Assembly: GCA_030704615.1 (NCBI GenBank)
Contig: CM060732.1
Location: 71,300,001-71,364,000, forward strand
Reading direction: 5' to 3'
Source of the DNA: Takakia lepidozioides
Taxonomy: Eukaryota > Plantae > Bryophyta
DNA length: 64,000 nucleotides
Below, piece by piece: positions 26,991 through 38,372 of this stretch. How positions within the stretch are numbered: the stretch's first letter is position 1; each line of letters begins with the position of its first letter. The notes below the pieces were generated by a model, which was not told where the DNA came from, ran no database searches, and saw only the letters and a program-made list of their open reading frames with translations. The translations under genes and the position numbers were made by a program.

Positions 26991-27469
26991 GAGCAACGGA
27001 GATTGCAAGCATTGGTGGCTACTTCGGCACTCCTATTAGATAGTGGCAGTGAGTGGGGGCGAGCATAGGATCGTGGGTTGCAAACACCCATGGTAGATGT
27101 GGGATGATATACGCAAAGAGAGAGTCATTGGATCTCTCAAGCAGCAGTATGAGGAGTGGGGAGAGCCATGGACTGAGGATCAGTTGGAGGCCAAGGTGGC
27201 CAAGGTTTTTGAAGAGGTTGAGAATGTTTCTTGCTCAGAGGATGTTCTCAAGGTGGCTATGGCGGAGCAAGTGAAGGCTACGCCACAGTCAGATTGGGCG
27301 GACAAGGCCCAAGAGGTTGTTATCTAGCAACCGAAGGATTTGTCTCCTACCTCCAAGCCTGGTGTACCCAAGGTTGCAGTCACTGAGGACAATTGGGAAC
27401 CAACTGTTGGACCTACAGACACCAGAGGAGAGAGACGGAGGATCCAGCGATTTCTAAGGGCTTATAGGA

Positions 27470-28805
27470 ATTGTTTTGCCTTCGGATTGAAGGATTTGGG
27501 GAGTTTGAAGGGTCAGGAGATTCGTATTGATTTGGCAAGTGACACGCCAATCTTTCGAAGGCCCTACCAGTATAGTGACATGGAGAGGTCATTGATCCAA
27601 TCACGGACTATGGAGTTGTTTGAAGCTGGATTGGTGGAGTATGCCTCGGCAACGGTGATACCAGCTAAGAAGGATATCTATGGCAATTGGACAGAGAAGA
27701 AAGAAGATGTGTGTGGACTATCGTCCTGTGAACCGTCAGACTAAGTCCGATAGATATGCCATGCCAACTCCAGAGGAGATCTTTGATGCCATGGGCATGC
27801 AAAGGTGTTTAGCACATTGGACTTGCGATTCGGTTACCACCAGTTGCCAATCAAAGAGGCTGACAAGCAAAAGACGACATTTTTGGGGGATTGATCAACA
27901 TGGGAAGGATTGTTTGTACCAATGGCAGTTCTTACCGTTTGGGTTGAAGAATGCTCCTGCAAAGTTTCAGAGGGTCATGGATAGAATTCTCGCGGGGCTA
28001 GACTTCGCCCGGTGCTATATTGATGACATCATCCTCTTTAGTGCTACGGTTGAGGAGCATGAGAGACACCTTCAGGTGGTGTTTGAGCGCTTGAGAGCAC
28101 ACGGGTTGAAACTGCACCCCGGAAAGTGCAAGTTCTTCCACAATCAGATTGAGTATCTGGGCCACATGATATACCCTGGAAGATTGGGTGTTCAACAGAC
28201 AAAAGTGGAGGCCATTGCATGCATTCCACGCCCCATGGATGTGAGCAGAGTTCGTGCTTTCATGGGATTGACAAACTACTATCGACGGTTTGTCAAGGGA
28301 TTTAGCAGCATTGCAAAGGCTCTTACCAAGTTGACCAAGGTGGTCAGGAGTGGCAGGGAGAAGGAGCAGGAGGAAGCCTTTGAGGAACTCAAGGCTCGAT
28401 TGACTTCTGCACCTATTCTGAGGCGGCCTATTCGGGGGCGGCCTTTCTAGCTACATACGGATTGGAGTATGTTGGGGATTGGAGCAGTGCTCACACAAGT
28501 GGATGATGAGGGAAGAGAGTTTGTAGTGGCATATGCTAGCCGCTCGAACAATGATGCCGAGGTGAAGTATAGTTCCTATGAAGGGGAGTGTCTAACTGCG
28601 GTATGGGCAATGGCACATTTCAGATGCTACCTCTATGGCAATCTCTTCACCCTTGTCACAGATCACCAGCCATTGAAGTGGTTGATGGAGTCAGACAAGC
28701 TTACAGGGAAGCTTGCACGGTAGGCACTTATGCTTCAAGAGTACGACTTCCAGGTGGTGCATCGAGCCGGTATTGTCAATCAGGATGCAGAGGGATTGAG
28801 TCGTA
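27470..28805 (+). pseudogene. Reverse transcriptase and RNase H (Ty3/Gypsy type)
   Basis: MCVDYRPVN, LPFGLKNAP, YIDDII, FMGLTNYYRRFV. RNase H: TDWSMLGIGAVL, YASR, VTDHQPLKWL. Several stops and frameshifts. Confidence 0.95.
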
Positions 28806-29189
28806 ATCCATGCACGAGCGAGCATGATGATACTGGAGCTCGATGGCATGGTGAGACGGATGAGGAGATGGTGCCAGGATGGCATGCATCGGCCTTTTTG
28901 TACATTCTAGCAATGGGAGCTCAAGCTGGTCCATCCCATGCGATTGATCATGTAGATAGCGTGCATGATGATCTAGAGACTAGTGAGGAGTTTGGTGGTG
29001 CTAAAGAGATGCAGCAGTGTTGGCATACTTTCGTACCGGAGAGACAGCAGTCAGTGTGACTGCTAAGGAGAGGGATCGGGTCCTATAACGAGCCAAGAGG
29101 TTCAAGTGGGAGGGGACTCACCTACTCCGGGTATGGGAGGATGGACGAGTGAGGATTGTGCCTCATCCAACACAACAAGCGCGATTGGT

Positions 29190-30436
29190 ACGCCATACCC
29201 ATGAGGAGTTGGGACACTTTGGGGGTACGACGCACTCATAGTTTGCTGCAAGGGCAGTATTGGTGGCGCGGCATGCACACGGATGTGCAACACTTAGTGG
29301 CAAGGTGCATGGTGTGTGATAGAGTGCGAGCTTCTTTCCACGCCCCTACTCCACAATTGCATCATTTACCCATTATGGGTTTGGGCTATCGTTGGAGTCT
29401 TGACTTTGCAGGCCCATTGCCATTGACGATTCGCCCAAACAAGTATGTGCTGGTGATGGTGGAACACTTCTCCAAATGGATTGAACTGGTGGCATTGCTT
29501 GACAAGGCAAGTGAGGGGGCTACGTATGCATTCTTAAATCGAGTGCTTAGCCATTTTGGTGCTCCAGCCGAGGTACTCACGGACCAGGGGAGAAAGGTCT
29601 TGGGGGAGTTTCAGGCTTTGTGTAAGCAAGCCTTGATAGATCACTGCACTACTTCTCGGGATCGTCCTGAGGCTGATGGCTTGGCGCAGAGAGTTGTTCA
29701 GACAGTCAAGAGAGGTTTGCGCAAGTTTGGTTTGCTGAATGTAGGAGATTGGGACCTTCAACTGCCTTAGCTAGCTATGGGCTATAGGTTCAGCAAACAA
29801 GCTTCACCTGCCTCCTTCTCACCTTACTTTCTTCTCTTCGGCCGAGAGCCGGATTTGTCTGCATCTACTCACAGGGAGGCTGCAATAGTTCTCAACCTTG
29901 ATGATCCGGATGTGTGGACACAAGCATGTGCCCAATGGGCAGAGTTGTTCAAGAGAGTCATGCCTATGGCTTTTGAGAACCTTGCTATTGCCCAACACCG
30001 AGACACATTGAGGTACGTCACTATACGTGGAGGGGGATATCGGCCAAGTGTTCGGCGTTTCCACCCTGGGGACTATGTGTATCTGCAGCAGATAGCACCT
30101 ACGACCTTGGATGTCACCGCAGGACGTGTGATTCTAAGGGTCAGGGAGGTGTTGCCTTTAGGAGTGTTGATTCTGGAGGGTCGAGACGGCATGGTATGGA
30201 AGGACCATGTGCGCAATTGTGCGCCATGTCACCTTCCACATGTGGATAGGAGGATAGATCCTAACCTTGCAGTGGTACCTGCAGGGTTGCGTTGCATGCT
30301 ATTGTGGCATGCTGGTGGCACCACAACCATGTTGGTGCGTGACAAATGCTCAAGGGGGTGGCACATGGGATGCTTGACACCGCCACTTGAGGAGGTTCTT
30401 ATCGGAGAATGGTTATGTCCACGATGCCTTGGATAG
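29190..30436 (+). pseudogene. DDE integrase with C-terminal PHD finger
   Basis: HHCC (HEELGHF...CMVC); core WSLDFAGP, LTDQG, A[Q]RVVQTVK (catalytic E mutated). PHD 30293-30427: CML..MLV[R]DKCSRGWHMGCLTPPLEEVLIGEWLCPRC. Confidence 0.9.
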
Positions 30437-30684
30437 AGGTAGTGGGCATGACAATGGTGAGGCGGACAAGTGACCCAAGGTCTAGCTAGTGGGGCTTCAA
30501 TGCCATGGATATTCAACTGAAGATCATGGATTGTATGAAGGCGACTAACGATGGGGCTACGTTTGCACCCGACCTCTTGATCTATCGACTTCAGGTGTTG
30601 GGACTTGTGCAATTGAAGACCAATCGATGATCTTATTGGGGTGGATACTTGCAAGCCATCCGGTGTTAGAGGGACCTAATCACC

Positions 30685-30699
30685 AGCTAGGGGGGCGAT
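30685..30699 (+). promoter_or_regulatory. Polypurine-tract-like sequence
   Basis: agctaGGGGGGcgat directly precedes the TG start of repeat B1. Confidence 0.6.
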
Positions 30700-31220
30700 T
30701 GTGGCGTGGCTTTCTAGGACTATATGCTAGGAAGTGTGGTTGGACAACGATGTATGTTGTGGCACGATACTTAGGTGCACGACAGCTGTCATGGTTTTGT
30801 TTGTGATTAGTTAGAAATAGTTATTTCTAACTAATTAGGACATTATACATTTATATTTGTATTTTGTTGGCATTGGGACTTCATTTGGTTCCATGTGCCA
30901 AGTGAGGTGGCAAACCTCACTTGGGACGTGGGGAGGTTATCTCCACGTGAGACGTAGGCAGTCTCGTCTTCTTCTAGTCGAGCCTCCCGAGGCCTCTCTC
31001 GCCGCCATAGCTCTAGTACTTGAGATGGAGAGTGGGTGAGGTTTGTATGGTGAAGTCCTTTAGCAAATGTGCCATTGGCTTGACTTATATAACGTGATAG
31101 AGTGGTTTCTCATCTTTTCACCATTTCCGTATCATTGTGGCGTGGCTTTCTAGGACTATATGCTAGGAAGTGTGGTTGGACAACGATGTATGTTGTGGCA
31201 CGATGTTTGGGTGCACGACA
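30700..31220 (+). repeat. Right-end repeat block B1 (30700-30784)-gc-A2 (30787-31134)-t-B2 (31136-31220)
   Basis: B1 and B2 differ at 3 of 85 positions. Each of B1, A2 and B2 begins TG and ends CA. Confidence 0.95.
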
Positions 31221-33937
31221 CCTTAAATGCCCGCGTAGTTTGACTTTCCAAAAATATTTTATTACCTACCCTGAAAAATGTGTAATTTCCACATTTATTT
31301 ACTATTTTGAAAATACGACCACACAGAATGTGCCACCTGATCCTACACCTACTACTCGAATTTGGGGCCAATTAGACCTCTCATCTTCCAAAACCCCAAT
31401 GTTGAGGATGGGCCAATTTTTGTTTAGGTGTATATATAAGTAAGTAAAAAATTGGTTTTTTGAATATTTGGATACCGGATTCGATGCAAATAAGGCCCAT
31501 GGTCCAAATGTTTCATCTACACGATGTGTTGGATATAATTGTGAAGAAATTATCCCAATCGGCAAGAATTGAGCCCGTGGTGATTGGTCAAAGCAGATGG
31601 GTCAAATTTTGTCATGTGACGGTTGGTTTCTGTGTTTTATTGCACCATCTTCAAAAACAAATTTCTCTCTCACACGCCTTTTCCTTTCTCTCTTTCCAAA
31701 TTGGGCAATCCTTGGGAATCAAAATTAATTCAGAAATAAAAAATATAGGATGAGAACAGAGACCCATTCAATGGTAACCGTAAACACCCACATTGCTTAA
31801 CTTTCCAAATGCATCTGTCTAGCAGTATGTATATGGACACGGAGAGGCGGATATATACCGCCCATGTGTGCACCCCTACTTGGTACGGGGACTACACTAA
31901 TCTAACTAATACGTATTTCCTTACTAATTAATATAAATTACTTATTTTGAAGAGTGTTACAACATTCAACCATTACAAAAGTGCTAGTATCTGCTACTGC
32001 AATACTCCCACAAAGCATGTGCATTGCCTAATCTGATATGTAGCAATGCGCCCAACATCTACCAAAATGGGTGCAGCTTAGAAGCGACCAACTAACCAAC
32101 TATCCAAATCACGGCGATGCATTAGCACCAACACAACATAATACTTGACATACCATAAGCATAAGCCCACAAATCCATCTGCATTAGCCCCAATTTGAAG
32201 CGACTCTCTATTCCACTTAGCGACTCTTTCATTAACCCTTTATCCAAGTGATTCTCTAACCAATTCCCACCTCTAGTAAGACCGAGTCTTCAAAACCAAC
32301 CAAAGCATGTGGACATTAACACGTAATATGCAAGTTCTTGTATTCAAACATAGACACATAACCACAATGCTTCATCATCTTTCATACTAGCAGTCGCATC
32401 TTTGCAGCATCATACAAGCAATTAGGCAAAGTTCCCTCTAATTCACACTCACATGAATCACACGACATTGTGGATATGCTTCACAAAAGCAGGCCCTTAA
32501 GCAGAGGGGTACATCTCCACACATGGTGTAGCTAAAAGTACCTCTATCTTGTACAATATGAGACACACTTCTTCTTTTTAATGCTCTTGAGGTAGAAATA
32601 AACTGCTCCAAGATTTGATACAGTACAAGCACCTCACATCACTGTTGTCCAAGACCTTGATCACCCACCTTTCAATTAAACCATTAGCAACTTCTAGATT
32701 GACGAGGAGGTCAGGATGTGGAATCCGGCCATTTGACACTACAACAGATCCCGGCTTTAACGTCTGCCACATTTGCCCAATCGTAGCATATATGTCTACA
32801 ATATGCAAGGGGGCAGTCCTGGTTGCCATTTGTGACCACCAGAAGTCGTATATGCTACCTTGTACCTCTGCCACGTCAGGATCTGCGGTCAAACACATTT
32901 GACCAAATAGGGGAAGATGGTAGATACGACTAGGAGTCATGGCCAAAACTGCAATAGGGTGACGTGGGCATGGGAATGTATGACTGCCAGTATTCACTAC
33001 TGCACGTGGCGATTGCCGGTTGCCCAAGGAGTGTCTACGTGGACGATGCAAACATAAATGGATGAAACAGATGTAGGATGTGATTGCAAATGACGGCATG
33101 TCAACATATCATTGCTTGTGGGCACTAAGCCACACCCTGTGAATGAAGGAATGAATGGATGAATGAATGATTAGGATGACTTAGGATGAGTGAACTAAGA
33201 TGAATTAGGATGAATGAACTAGGATGAATTAGGATGAATGTGCTTGAATTTAGGGTTGCTAGGTCGCAATGTTAAGTATGAGGATAATACTATTAAACTA
33301 ATATTTCACTGACCCAGCAGATTAACAGTAAACTAATCGACTACTGGTTAAGGTTAGTGAAATAAAACAATTGTATTATCTCAACGAATGATACACAAAC
33401 GTCTTGCTGGCAACTATTGGATGAACGTATCAAACATAACTTTTGTGCACTGGATGAACATATGAACGAATGATACAACAAACGCCTTGTTGGCAACTAT
33501 TGGATGAACATAGGAACAAATAATAATGCAAACGCCGAGCTGGCAGTATTGGATCAACTGACAGTGAAACTCATTTAAAGATTCATTTTGGGAAATGGAT
33601 GAAATTAAAAATGGCCAAAAATGGAAAAACAAATGAATGGATGGATATATTGATGGAAAACCCAAAATCCATCCATTTATCGCTACATTCATCCATCCAG
33701 TCGTGAGTAGAGGACTTAGCGTTTTTTTTGTCTCCCATGCCATCTGTTTGTTTTCTTTGTGTCGAGTTTGATCATGAGAGACGACAAACAGGATGGAGCT
33801 GTGTTTGCTTTCTTATAGTGTCGAGTCTGATCATGAGAGACGTCGATCAGGGCAGAGCTATTGTTTTAGTGTCAAGTCTGATTATGAGAGACTACGAGCG
33901 GAGCTGGTGGGATAGGGGGCGGACATGGACTCAAACC

Positions 33938-34006
33938 TTAGAATCGGGGCATGAAGATGTGGTGCACGATGTGGCCATTGACTACTATGGGAAGCGGTTG
34001 GCCACC
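33938..34006 (+). pseudogene. SEC13: Captured SEC13 N-terminal WD40 fragment
   Basis: LESGHEDVVHDVAIDYYGKRLAT matches the conserved Sec13 first-WD40 signature. Similarity stops abruptly after 'LAT'. Confidence 0.8.
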
Positions 34007-34109
34007 TTCACGATGGACAATCGCAAGGTGTGGCTTTTTCTCAATGTACGATGTGAAGAAGTTTGTCCATCTTGCAACAAAAGGCTTAAAGCCAAATGCG
34101 CTTGCGACC

Positions 34110-34730
34110 TATGAGCAAATGATTGAGCAAGGGGTATTGCCCAACAAAGTCTTGTTCATTTGCGTTCTCAATGCATGTGCGAGCCTGGCAGCCCTGGAAA
34201 AGGGAAAAGAGGTCCTTGCTGCGATCGATGTTGGAACAGAGTCATATTTGAATCTGGAGAATACTCTCGTTGATATGTATGCCGAGTGTGGGACTGCAGC
34301 TGGCAGGTGGGGCGATCCCACAGAGGCGAGAGCAATGATGAAGGACAAAGGTGTCAGAAAGGAGGTAGGGCATAGCTGCATTGAGGTTGACAATCGGGTG
34401 CATAAGTTTACTGTGTGAATCGAGTGAATCTGATGCAAAGAGAAGGTGTGAAGGCAGATAAGGTCATTTTCTTGTGCATCTTGAATGCATGTTCCAACCC
34501 ATTGTTGATAGAGCAAGGCAAGCAAGTCCATGAGGCCATCATTAGAGTTGGATTTCAGTCAAATGTCAGTATGGGGAACGCCCTCGTCAACATGTATTGC
34601 AAATGCGGGGGTGTGGAAGATGCACGGGAAGTGTCTGCAAAATTGCCCAAGCGCGATGTGATCTCATGGAATGGGATGATGGTTGGATTAGCTCAGCCAG
34701 GTCACGCACAAGAGGCACTTGAACTATTGA
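34110..34730 (+). pseudogene. PLS-class PPR gene fragments with an internal deletion into the E domain
   Basis: VLNACASLAALEKGKEV...TLVDMYAECG is fused to AAGRW...KGVRKEVGHSCIEV. A second block reads NALVNMYCKCG...DVISWNGMM. Confidence 0.85.
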
Positions 34731-35039
34731 CAATGCAGCAAAAGGATTCTACTGAGAAAATTCGCCCTTTACATACTAGAGTGGCTGAGCCTGAACAACA
34801 ACTACAAACCCTACATGTGATGATAGTTGGACTCAGCAAAACTGCCAAGTCTGCTGAGGAGAGGGCAGCTTCTCATGTGGATAGTGCAACGGTAGTTAAT
34901 GCCAGAATTTTGGTGCTTCAAAGATTGCCCCAATCACACCTGAAAGCTGCTGGAGAACAACTTGATCTTTTGGCGGCTGACTTAACTGAGTTCAAACATG
35001 AACAATGCAGCTCATAGCAGCAGGTAGCAGAGCTGGTCA

Positions 35040-35812
35040 TGGGCAAAGAGGTGCATGGGGATATCATCAAAGCTGGGATTGTACCAAACGTCATTATGAA
35101 CACTGCCCTGGCAGCTCTGGAAATGGGGAAAGAGGTCCATGGCGACATCTTCAAAGCTAGAATTGTACCAGATTTCATTTTGAACAACACCCTGGTGGAC
35201 ATGTTTGCAAAATGTGGGTGCATCTAGGATGCAAAGGGAGTGTTCAACACTATGGCTGAACAAGATGTGGCGTCGTGCAAGCCTGGCAGCCCTAGGGAAG
35301 GGCAAAGAGGTGCATGGGGATATCGTCAAAGCTGGAAAGTACCAAATGTCATTCTAAACACTGCCCTGGCAGCTCTGGAAATGGGGAAAGAGGTCCATGG
35401 CGACATCTTTAGAGCTGGAATTGTACCAGATTTCATTTTGAACAACACCCTGGTGGACATGTTTGCAAAATGTGGGTGCATCTAGGATGCAAAGGGAGTG
35501 TTCGACACTATGGCTGAACAAGACGTGGCGTCGTGCAAGCCTGGCAGCCCTAGAGAAGGGCAAAGAGGTGCATGGGGATATCGTCAAAGCTGGAAAATAC
35601 CAAATGTCATTCTAAACACTGCCCTTGCAGCTGTGGAAATAGGGAAAGAGATCCATGGCGACATCTTCAGAGCTGGAATTGTACCAACTGTCACTCTGAA
35701 CAATACCCTAGTGGACATGTATGCAAAATGCGGGTGCATCGAGGATGCAAAAGGAATGTTTGACACTATGGCTGAACAAGACGTGGGTCGTGCAAGCCCT
35801 AGAGAAGGGCAC
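35040..35812 (+). repeat. PPR-derived 258-bp tandem array, left part (~3 units)
   Basis: Near-identical ORFs start at 35240 and 35498 (258 bp apart). Units encode deleted L/S PPR motifs, some with a TAG stop. Confidence 0.9.
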
Positions 35813-38372
35813 CGTACAGGCATTCAATTGCAGAAAATGAAGAATTAGAAAGGCAGTTGAATGACTTGTTGGAAAAGGGGTATATACGTCCAAGTAAATC
35901 CCCTTGGGGTGCCCCTGTAAAGTTTAAGAAGAAGAAAGACGGAACTTTGAGACTGTGTGTGGACTATAGATGGTTGAATAAGGTCACCATCAAGAATAAG
36001 TTCCCTTTACCTCGTGTGGACGATTTGTTTAACTATCTATATGGGAGTCAAGTTTTTTCAAAACTTGATCTTCGGTCTGGATATCATCAGATACGGATCA
36101 AGAATTCTGATATACCAAAGACAGGATTTCGATCTCGTTTTGGTCATTATGAATTCTTGGTGATGCCATTTGGGCTCACAAATGCTCCAGCAACATTTAC
36201 TTATCTGATGAACTCTCTGTTCCAGAAATATTTGGGGAAGATGGTTTTAGTCTACATCGATGATATACTAATATACTCGAAGTCTGAGGAAGAACATGAA
36301 CTGCATTTACGCTTGGTTTTAGACATACTAAGAGAGAACCACCTGTTTGCTAAGAGAAGCAAGTGTGAGTTCTTTGTAGACCACATGGATTACTTGGGAT
36401 TTTGTATTTCCAAAGATGGAATTTCAATTGATCCTAAGAAAGTCCAGACAGTGGTTGAATGGCCTAAACCAAGTGATAAGACTGAGGTCAGGAGCTTTAT
36501 TGGGTTTGCTAGCTTCCTACGGAAGTTTGTTAGAGAGTCAGATCCTTTACAAGTGGTATCAGAGCTGGTTTGCGATCGGGCAGAACAGATTGTGGATTTC
36601 GCAATTTCCAGAAGTAGTGTAATCGTGTGAATGAGCCAGATCTCGTTCGGCTCTGTGAGCACGCAACCTGGTGACGACGATCAAGATAGTGAAATGGCTG
36701 GAGATCGTGAGCGCTCAGATGCGGCCAGTCTGCACCGAGCTTCAGATCGCGAACATGGAAGTCAGTTATTTTCCCAGCAGCAAATGGAGGCCTTAGGTAC
36801 TTTGATTTGATCTGAGATACAGAAGTTGGCCCCTGCACAAACTCAAACTGACAAGCGATCTAGGGAGCTGCCTGTGAGTGAGCCACTGAATGAGGACGAA
36901 TCTGAGGCTGACTCCCATGAGGCCAAGATGAAAAGAAGCAAGGATGTCACCAGGGAGATCAGAAGATTGGTGAAGTTGCCAGAATTCTATGGTAAGCCAT
37001 CTGTCAAGCCTGAAGAAATATTGTCTTTCTTGGATACCTTAGAAAAGTTCTTTGAGGACGATTATTCAGAGGAAGCCAAGATACAGACTACAGCTCCGTG
37101 ATGCTGCCAAGCTATGGTGGTCGCGTCAGAAGCAGGAACGCCGTGAACACAAGAAACCATCTGTGGATAGTTGGGCTATGTTTAAGACACTGTTCTTAGC
37201 CCATTACCTACCTGGCGACTATGCACAAAGATGAAAGTTGAATGTACGGTTGAGCCAAAAGCCTGGGGTTAGAATATTATTACCCGGCGAAGAATGGACT
37301 AAATTATCGTGCGTTGTTTACTCTCTATGTTTGATGAGATTTCTGCTCGAGAGTCGGAACCCTGGGCCGACGAAATTATAGTATACAGTGTCGTGCAAAG
37401 AATGTTTGCTTGGCATATCACAAGAAGTTCCACTTCACATATTGAGGTGGCCAATTCCGCCTACGGACCGGCCATAATCGACCGCCTTGATTCCGGCAAT
37501 GACCAGTCTATATGTATCAATCCCAGTTATGGGTACTGTTAGGTGCCTTGAACAAAGATCGAGACCTGTCGACCAGTTTGGCGAAGCAAGTGACTGCTAG
37601 AAGACCGCCGAACTGACAGTTGCAGGTCGAATGGAGCAGGCTCGCGTTCACGAACAGATCTACGATTAGGGAATTAAAAAAGTGGGCTTGGAGATGGCAA
37701 GAGTGGAGAAGAGAAAAGAATGATGGTGTACAGACCTCTAGAGCAGATCTGTATTGACAGGAAACTAGCGTAGCATGGCGTGGTGGCTGGGCGGACCGGA
37801 CGTAGCCGGTGCTGTGCTTTTTGGTGAGCAGAAAAAGAGGTCGTGAGAAGAAGAAAAAGGATCGATCTGCACTGGTCTATAGTGATAGAATAAGTTGATG
37901 CACGGTGTGGTGGAGGGGCGGACTGGACATCGTAGTCCAGTACTGTGCATAGATAGAATGGCATGAGATGAGTACATAGGTTGACAGGGAGATCTTTTGA
38001 ACAAGGAATCAGGCCAGAGTAGGAGTGACGATCACTTGATCGATCTGTGAATTTGTAAATGAGGGAAGTGGAATAAGAATAGGGCCTTGGCTGGAATTCA
38101 GATATAGATGAGAGTCCGGTTGAAACAAAATCCCGAGCAATCAGTTTTCCTTGGAGTTTTGGTAAATTCCCTGTGAACAGCAAACCAAGCAAAGCGCCTG
38201 AAATTTTGTCATAGTTGGACAAAGAAAAGAGAGTCAGATCCTTTACAAGAGTAGCTTCTGTCTCTGGGTAATGCAACCACTTAATCAAATGTTCTTTCCA
38301 AGAACGGTTGCACAGGTGCTTTACTCGCGTTTCTAGAATCTTTTCGGGTTCAGCCATCAGCTGACCATCATG
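35813..38372. mobile_element. Scrambled chromovirus (Ty3/Gypsy) fragments: RT(+), LTR end-PBS-gag(+), probable LTR(+), chromodomain(-)
   Basis: RT 35857-36530 (YIDDILIYS). PBS TGGTATCAGAGC 36554-36565. Gag 36826-37234. The 22-bp LTR end agagagtcagatcctttacaag occurs at 36532 and 38228. Minus-strand chromodomain PEKILETR...EHLIKWLHYPETEAT at ~38250-38355. Confidence 0.85.

Larger units (their letters stand above)
20372..31220 (+). mobile_element. Near-full-length decayed Ty3/Gypsy-type retrotransposon carrying a DNMT3-like MTase and a PHD finger, with split direct repeats A1-internal-B1-A2-B2
   Basis: Termini TGTC...GACA. Repeat A (348 bp) at 20372 and 30787; repeat B (85 bp) at 30700 and 31136. 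Gypsy domain order PR-RT-RH-IN, with the MTase between PR and RT. No exact TSD (ccatt / cctta). Confidence 0.92.

Noticed and set aside
20372-31220. Calling the element a DIRS/PAT/Ngaro retrotransposon because of split repeats plus a methyltransferase
   Set aside because: It has an aspartic protease and a DDE integrase in Gypsy order and no recognisable tyrosine recombinase. Its MTase is C5-cytosine type (PC, ENV), not the adenine-type domain of DIRS.
20367-31225. Target-site duplication for the large element
   Set aside because: Flanks ccatt and cctta are not identical; only a 3-of-4 match (catt/cctt), which is too weak to claim.
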